Origin: Gammaproteobacteria bacterium | GTDB lineage: Bacteria > Pseudomonadota > Gammaproteobacteria > Steroidobacterales > GCA-2729495 | Length of the DNA: 64,000 nt | Reading direction: 5' to 3' | Assembly (NCBI GenBank): GCA_038214295.1 | Contig: JBBQSA010000015.1 | Coordinates: 174 to 64,173, forward strand | In this document: piece after piece, positions 58,841 to 64,000 of the stretch | How the letters are laid out: each line of letters begins with the position of its first letter | Numbering within the stretch: position 1 is the stretch's first letter | The notes under the pieces: generated by a model | Seen by the model: the letters and a program-made list of their open reading frames with translations, nothing else | Database searches by the model: none | What the model was told of the DNA's origin: nothing | Position numbers and translations under genes: made by a program

Positions 58841-60625
58841 GTGACGGACGAAGGCCAGAAAGTCGGGGTGGCACCGTCGCTGAAGTTACCGCTCATGGTC
58901 GGCGTGGTCGGGCACCGTGACCTGTGTGATCACGAACTGCCCGCCATCCGCGCCGCCGTCGAGGCGCTGCTTCGTGCCCTCCGCGATCAGGAGCCGGACG
59001 TACCGGTGCAACTGCTCTCACCCCTGGCCGAGGGAGCCGATCTCCTGGTTGCCGAGATCGCCCTCGACCTGGGTCTCCAGGTAATCGCGCTCCTGCCTTA
59101 TGCCAGCGCCCAGTGCCGGAACGACATCGCCCGCGACGCGGACCGTCTGGTTTTTGACCGCCTCGTCCAGCACGCCGAAGTCCTGCAGCTGCCGCTACCC
59201 GAGGGGCTGGATGCCGGGGCGCTGACGAGGCCCGGCCCGGCCCGGGACCGGCAGTTTCAGGAAGCAGGGTTCCTGGTGGCCCGATACAGCTCGCTGCTGA
59301 TCTCGATCTGGGACGGCCAGGACACCGGGCATGCGGCGGGAACCGCACGGGTCATCGAGTACCGCCGGCGCGGTCTCGCGCCCGCCGAACCGGCCAAGCC
59401 GACCTTCGATGCGCTGCTTGCAGCTTCGGACAACGACTGGATCTATGACATCCGCAGTTCCCGCCGATCGGCGGCAGCGGGGAGCGACACCGCGAGTCCG
59501 GAAATCATCGGCTTTGTCTGCGGCGGACGGTGCCAGGGCGGCGTCCAGGCGGGCCTGCCCGCGGAACTGGTCACGCTCCTCAGCCGGACGGCGGATTTCA
59601 ACCAGGATGCGGCGGAATACGGCGACCGCATCGCCGCCGGTGGACACCGGCTCGCACTGCCCAGCCCCTATGCAATTCCCGAAACACTCCTCTATGTTGA
59701 CCGACTGTTTGTTGCGGCCGACTGGCTGGGCGTCCATTTCGGCCGGTGCTTTACCCGCGCGCTCCGCGCCCGCTACACCCTCTGGGCAATTCTTGCGCTG
59801 CTCCTGCTGGGCCTGGACAGGCAGGCGGATGAAAGCCTTGGTCTTGCCAACATCCTGGTCGTGCTGCTGGTCTTCGGCACAGGCTGGCTGCTGGCATTCT
59901 GGGCGCACCGCCGCAGCTGGCACCGGCGATTCCTCAACTACCGGGCCCTGGCCGAGGCGCTGCGTGTGGATTTCTACTGCGAACTGGCCGGGGTCCGTGC
60001 CCAGTTCGGGGGCGAGTTTTCCCACGCGGCCTTCCTTCAACGGCAGGACTTCGAGCTCGAGTGGATCCGTGCGGCCATGCGGGCCGTCAGTCTCCGCCGT
60101 GCGTTGTATCCCCGGGCGGTCCTGCCGCACGGTTTTGAACACGCCTATGCGGCCTGGATTGGCGATCCGGACCCGGTGAATGGCGCGGGACAGCTGCACT
60201 ACTACCGGCAGCGCGGGCGGTCCCTCGAACGGCGCCAGAGGATTGTCGAAGCCATATCCACCACGATGCTCTTCAGCGGACTGGCGCTGGGGCTTGTGCT
60301 GGCGGTTGCGGCCCTCCTGTCCTTCGTGAGCGAGGTGCGGCTCGGCGGCCACCTGCGGGAAGGACTGGTCCTGGTGCTCGCGCTCGTGAGCGTGTACGGC
60401 GCGATCTTCGAGATCTACCTGGGCGAGAAGGCGGATCGCGCCCTGATCCGCCAGTACCGCTACATGGAATCGCTGTTCAGCATCGCGGCCCGGGAGCTGG
60501 CCTCGGCCCGCTCGCTCCCCGACAAGCTGGAGATCCTGCGGTCACTGGGTCACGCCTGTCTCGCCGAGCATGCGCAGTGGATTCTCGCGCATCGGGACAA
60601 GCGAATTGACGGGCTGCGCTGGTAG
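58841..60625 (+). CDS. SLOG-like Rossmannoid (putative nucleotide-sensor) domain fused to two SLATT/DUF4231-like 2TM modules
   Basis: GTG at 58841 lies behind GAGGGAG, 20 nt after the TIR gene stop (alternative ATG at 58895). N-terminal pattern: MVGVVGHRD / LSPLAEGADLLVAEIAL / VIALLP / SLLISIWDGQDTGHAAGTARVIEY. The C-terminal half has two helix-TM-TM-helix units (YTLWAILALLLLGL + LANILVVLLVFGTGWLLAFWA, then MLFSGLALGLVLAVAALL + LVLVLALVSVYGAIFEIYL). Domain names were assigned by eye. Confidence 0.55.
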   Translation: MTDEGQKVGVAPSLKLPLMVGVVGHRDLCDHELPAIRAAVEALLRALRDQEPDVPVQLLSPLAEGADLLVAEIALDLGLQVIALLPYASAQCRNDIARDADRLVFDRLVQHAEVLQLPLPEGLDAGALTRPGPARDRQFQEAGFLVARYSSLLISIWDGQDTGHAAGTARVIEYRRRGLAPAEPAKPTFDALLAASDNDWIYDIRSSRRSAAAGSDTASPEIIGFVCGGRCQGGVQAGLPAELVTLLSRTADFNQDAAEYGDRIAAGGHRLALPSPYAIPETLLYVDRLFVAADWLGVHFGRCFTRALRARYTLWAILALLLLGLDRQADESLGLANILVVLLVFGTGWLLAFWAHRRSWHRRFLNYRALAEALRVDFYCELAGVRAQFGGEFSHAAFLQRQDFELEWIRAAMRAVSLRRALYPRAVLPHGFEHAYAAWIGDPDPVNGAGQLHYYRQRGRSLERRQRIVEAISTTMLFSGLALGLVLAVAALLSFVSEVRLGGHLREGLVLVLALVSVYGAIFEIYLGEKADRALIRQYRYMESLFSIAARELASARSLPDKLEILRSLGHACLAEHAQWILAHRDKRIDGLRW

Positions 60626-60687
60626 CTTCCGTCCACGTCGCCAGGCAGAGGGGCGACTGCAACAAGACAACAAGAGGCAACAACCCG

Positions 60688-61362
60688 ATGAAAATTCTGA
60701 TGGTTCTCACATCGCACGACCAGCTGGGCGACACCGGTAAAAAGACGGGCTTCTGGCTTGAGGAATTCGCGGCGCCCTATTACGTCTTCAAGGACGCTGG
60801 CGCCGAGATTACCCTGGCCTCACCCAGAGGCGGCCAGCCGCCGCTCGATCCGTCGAGCGATGCGGAGGGTGCGCAGACCGCCGCCACCAAACGCTTCAAG
60901 GCGGACGCCGCGGCTCAAAAGGATCTCGCGAGCACCGAAATCCTGTCCACCGTTTCTGCTGACGGGTTCGACGCAATATTTTATCCCGGCGGGCATGGCC
61001 CCCTCTGGGACCTCGCCGAAGATGGCGACAGCAAGGCACTGATCGAAACCTTCGCCGCCAGCGACCGTCCGATCGGTGCGGTGTGCCACGCCCCGGCGGT
61101 GTTCAGGCACCCCAGGGGCGAGGACGGCAAACCCCTTGTGTCCGGCAGGACCGTGACCGGCTTCACCAACACCGAGGAAGAAGGCGTCGGCCTGACCAAG
61201 GTCGTGCCGTTCCTGGTCGAGGACATGCTGAAGACCAACGGCGGCAATTACCGGAGGGGCGACGACTGGGCGTCATTCGTGGTGACCGACGGCAAACTGG
61301 TGACCGGCCAGAATCCAGCGTCCTCCGAAGAGGCTGCACGCAAAATTCTGGCGCTGCTGTAA
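60688..61362 (+). CDS. DJ-1/PfpI-family (type 1 glutamine amidotransferase-like) protein
   Basis: 224 aa: MKILMVLTSHDQLGDTGKKTGFWLEEFAAPYYVF, with the nucleophile elbow IGAVCHAPAVF and KLVTGQNPASS near the end. Confidence 0.8.
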   Translation: MKILMVLTSHDQLGDTGKKTGFWLEEFAAPYYVFKDAGAEITLASPRGGQPPLDPSSDAEGAQTAATKRFKADAAAQKDLASTEILSTVSADGFDAIFYPGGHGPLWDLAEDGDSKALIETFAASDRPIGAVCHAPAVFRHPRGEDGKPLVSGRTVTGFTNTEEEGVGLTKVVPFLVEDMLKTNGGNYRRGDDWASFVVTDGKLVTGQNPASSEEAARKILALL

Positions 61363-61419
61363 CCAGGCGCACCCGGGCGGCAGGCCCCGACCGGCTGAGG
61401 CAAGGCAGCCCCATCGTCA

Positions 61420-62520
61420 GTGAATCCATTCATACCGGTGACCCCGGATTCCAGCCGCTCTGGGCTGTCGTGTTTTGGAGAGGTCCTCCAGGGGCGGCTG
61501 GCCCGTCATCCCGGCATCGGACGCGCCTTCCTGATCCAGGAGAACCAGCTGGCGAAGGCAGAGAATGACCGCCTGATCGTGGATGGCCTGATGGCACTGG
61601 CCAGCTTCATGCCATTCGGACCCGGGGACTATGTGTTCATCGACCGGTCCACGGAGGCGGGCACGCTGAATGGCCGGCTGGGGCTGCTGCAGGCGGCCTG
61701 TGCGCCGATCGGTTTGCCGCTCCGGAATATCGTCTACGTCTCGCAGACCGGGGGACGCGTTTGCCCCCCCACGCGGCCTGCTGGCGCCAACGCGCCCCAC
61801 TGGATGTTCTTCAACAGCTACCTGATGAAGTTCGCGCGCACCTACACGAACAGGGATGACCCCGCCCCGGGGGTCGATTGCGCCGGCAAGGTGCTCTGCA
61901 TGAACAACAAGATCAGGCCCCACCGGATCGCCGTTGCCCTGATGGCAAGGCGCCTGTGCCAGGAGCGGCTGATACTTTCCTGGCGCGGCAAGACCAGCAT
62001 CTATTCCCTGGAGCAGGCGACCACCGAGTTCCGCAAGAACTTTCCCTCGCTGTCGGGAGAGTCCGTCATGCTCGAAGAGCGTTCACTCGATGTGGACGCC
62101 GATCTCGGCGACGTGTACGGCGTGCCAATGGGCCCGGCCACCGAGAGCTTCCTGCACATTGTCACCGAAAGTGATTACCTCCCCTGGTCGGACCGCTTCA
62201 CGGAAAAGCTCCTCAAGCCGGTCGTGGCCGGCCGGCCCTTCCTGGTCTTTGGCCCTCCCCGCATCCTGCAAGTCTTCCGGTCACTCGGCTTCCGGACGTT
62301 TGCCGACGTGTTCGACGAGTCCTACGACCAGACCGAGGAACCCGAGGCGCGGCTCGTGGCCATCATGCGGACCCTGGAGGACCTGCTGCAGCGGGACTAC
62401 CGCGCCGTGCTCGAGCAGTGCGCCGCTGTCTGTGTGCACAACAGGCGGCACCTGAGGTTCGGTCTCGAGGACAGGCTGCTCGGCATGCTGGACCGGCGTC
62501 TTGGGGAAATCACGGGCTGA
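61420..62520 (+). CDS. Hypothetical protein, possible glycosyltransferase-like C-terminal domain
   Basis: 366-aa ORF with a GTG start. The only weak cue is VTESDYLPWSDRFTEKLLKPVVAGRPFLVFGPPRILQVFRSLGFRTF, reminiscent of the TEK..KP...G.P motif of some fucosyl/sialyl-type transferases. Confidence 0.35.
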   Translation: MNPFIPVTPDSSRSGLSCFGEVLQGRLARHPGIGRAFLIQENQLAKAENDRLIVDGLMALASFMPFGPGDYVFIDRSTEAGTLNGRLGLLQAACAPIGLPLRNIVYVSQTGGRVCPPTRPAGANAPHWMFFNSYLMKFARTYTNRDDPAPGVDCAGKVLCMNNKIRPHRIAVALMARRLCQERLILSWRGKTSIYSLEQATTEFRKNFPSLSGESVMLEERSLDVDADLGDVYGVPMGPATESFLHIVTESDYLPWSDRFTEKLLKPVVAGRPFLVFGPPRILQVFRSLGFRTFADVFDESYDQTEEPEARLVAIMRTLEDLLQRDYRAVLEQCAAVCVHNRRHLRFGLEDRLLGMLDRRLGEITG

Positions 62521-62535
62521 GGAGCGCCCGGCAGC

Positions 62536-63107
62536 TTGACTAAATCCTTGCTGTCGGGTGGCGTGGTCGCACCGGATGTGGCTACTAGCAAAAGAGCGGT
62601 CCGATTAGTCCGGAGGCATTGGGATGCAGTGCAAGACGAGCCCCCCACGCCGACGAACATCACGCTGAGCCCGATCAATCCTGCTGTGGCCGCCGGTGTG
62701 AGTGTGCAGTTCACCGCAACCGGCTTCTTCGACGATCTCGGCAGCCCGACCCTCCGCGCGACGACGGTCGTGGCGGGTGATGACCACACCTGCATATTGA
62801 CGGCAATCGGCAAAGTGCTGTGCTGGGGGCAAAACGGCTCCGCACAGCTGGGGAATAGTACGTCGGCAGGCCTCGCGGTCATTCCCGAGCACGTCAGCGC
62901 CATCACAACCGCAACCGCACTGGCGGCCGGGAGCAGCCATAACTGCACCTGGTGCCGAACCCGTCCCAGTGCGATTCCGACGGCGATGGCTATGGCAACC
63001 ACTGCGACGGCGACCTGAACAACAACTTCACGAACGCGCAGGACACCACGTTGTTCCGCAAGCTGCTCGCCCGCCCGCAGCAACTCATTGATCCGCGCGC
63101 TGATTAA
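62536..63107 (+). pseudogene. Frameshifted, collapsed remnant: Ig-like (Big_2-type) + single RCC1-like repeat + TSP3/dockerin-like tail
   Basis: Frame 1: NITLSPINPAVAAGVSVQFTATGFF... then VAGDDHTCILTAIGKVLCWGQNGSAQLGN...AAGSSHNC. After about nt 62950 the sense continues in another frame: PSQCDSDGDGYGNHCDGDLNNNFTNAQDTTLFRKLL...* (stop 63105-63107). This is homologous to the tail of the 55541-56689 protein. It has no signal peptide and a TTG start only. Confidence 0.6.
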
Positions 63108-63849
63108 TCCATCGAAAGTGTTCGAGACAGGTATCCATACACCGTCGACACCCGGCGCAGATGCCGTGACTCGGGGTGGGTCAGTAACCACAACTCCGTC
63201 TGGCACTCGTCGAGCACTTCGGTCAACGGCACCAGGTTCGGGTGGGACTTCGCCAGGAACAGCGGCACAACACCCACGCCGAGGCCCAGGCCGACCAGTT
63301 CCATCACCGTCAGGATGCTGGTGACACGGTAGCTCGGCACGACCTTCGGGAAATGCCGCTTGCGCCACACCACCGAAGGGTGTTCGGGCAGCGCATCGTC
63401 CGGTGCCACCCAGGGCGCCTGCCGGCTTCGACATCGGCGTAGCGCTTGATGGGCCCCTTCTTCGCGGTGAACAACGCCACGCGAATGGGACCCACGTGCT
63501 TGCCCACCAGGTGCTGCGGGGGCCGCTTGGTGGCGCGCACGGCGATGTCGGCGTCGCGTCGTGTCAGGCTGGCCAGCTCGTTGCCGGTGTGCAACTCGAA
63601 GCTCAGCAACGGATGCACTGCCCTGAGGTCCTTCAACGCCGGCGCCACCACGCCGTGCAGGATGGTGTCGGTCGTGGTGATGCGCACGGTGCCCGACACC
63701 TCATCGGGCAGCAACTGCGCCGCTGACCGCGCCGACTCCAGCGCCGCCTCCAGGTGCTCACCGTGCTCGGCCAGGGTGCCTGAGCGAACCAGGGACAACA
63801 CGGTCTCCAGATCGGCCGCGCTGAGCTTGTATTGCATCGATGCAATCAT
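63104..63849 (-). pseudogene. LysR-family regulator, frameshifted and with a truncated HTH
   Basis: Two track ORFs (63310-63849 and 63104-63409) carry consecutive LysR segments. The frame changes between ..KRYADVEAG and APWVAPDDALPEHPSVVW (about 63405-63425). The N-terminus jumps from ..LVRSGTLAE to HGEHLEAALESA.., so about 40 aa of the winged HTH are missing. Confidence 0.65.
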
Positions 63850-64000
63850 GGTTTGCGGCGGCGCCTGTTTTCATTGTGGCAGCGCAATCGTACAGTCTGG
63901 CCGTGATGTGGATCGCCCATGCGCTGCTGAAGCTGCCGGTTTTTACCCTGCCAGGCACCGCCCAGTACTTTGCCAGCGTCGGCTTCCCCGGCTTCCTGGC
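63840..64000 (+). CDS. DoxX-family membrane protein, 5' part (runs off the window)
   Basis: Read by hand: ATG at 63840 gives MQSWFAAAPVFIVAAQSYSLAVMWIAHALLKLPVFTLPGTAQYFASVGFPGFL..., the DoxX signature (..H...K......GT..FF...G.P). It is divergent from the LysR remnant. GTG 63876 and ATG 63906 are alternative starts. Confidence 0.6.
   Translation, partial: MQSWFAAAPVFIVAAQSYSLAVMWIAHALLKLPVFTLPGTAQYFASVGFPGFL

Noticed and set aside
55541-63849. Classical mobile genomic island carrying the TIR cassette
   Set aside because: There is no integrase, transposase, tRNA target or direct repeats. Only inverted paralogous segments and decayed flanking genes are present, so I report a rearrangement signature rather than a mobile element.

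Overview
High-G+C (judged by eye, not computed) proteobacterial chromosomal DNA, probably a Gammaproteobacterium of the Nevskiales/Steroidobacter type (weak inference). It is densely coding, with about 60 genes. I found no rRNA, tRNA, CRISPR array, transposase or integrase. All family calls are motif recognition by eye, and many long ORFs in the track are GC-driven antisense shadow frames. Ordinary content: a tetR-OMF-MFP-RND efflux operon, an oxyR / Prx5-Grx divergon, rlmJ, yebC, HU, MoxR-VWA, two TonB-dependent receptors, three Rieske oxygenase paralogs, M48/M20/S1C peptidases, GH5 and a Pif1/RecD-like helicase. Most interesting: (1) 56779-60625 holds a tightly coupled pair. The first gene is a membrane-anchored TIR-TPR protein. 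The second is a SLOG-like nucleotide-sensor domain fused to two SLATT-like 2TM modules. I read this as a Thoeris-like signal-generator/membrane-effector cassette with an architecture I do not recognise as experimentally described. It is bracketed by inverted paralogous gene segments and decayed genes. (2) 20563-23940 holds a translationally coupled operon of a Zn-peptidase-like protein, a Ddl-like ATP-grasp and a SAM methyltransferase. Its structured leader carries a 28-codon ORF behind a 13-15 nt perfect anti-16S Shine-Dalgarno, a terminator with a competing 9-bp antiterminator inside that ORF, and an 11-bp hairpin that sequesters the first gene's SD and start codon. (3) Three paralogous PEP-CTERM/VPLPA-like sorted proteins share near-identical 3' ends and hairpins, but no exosortase is in the window. 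(4) A five-gene operon runs sulfotransferase-TBDR-permease-M20-Rieske.
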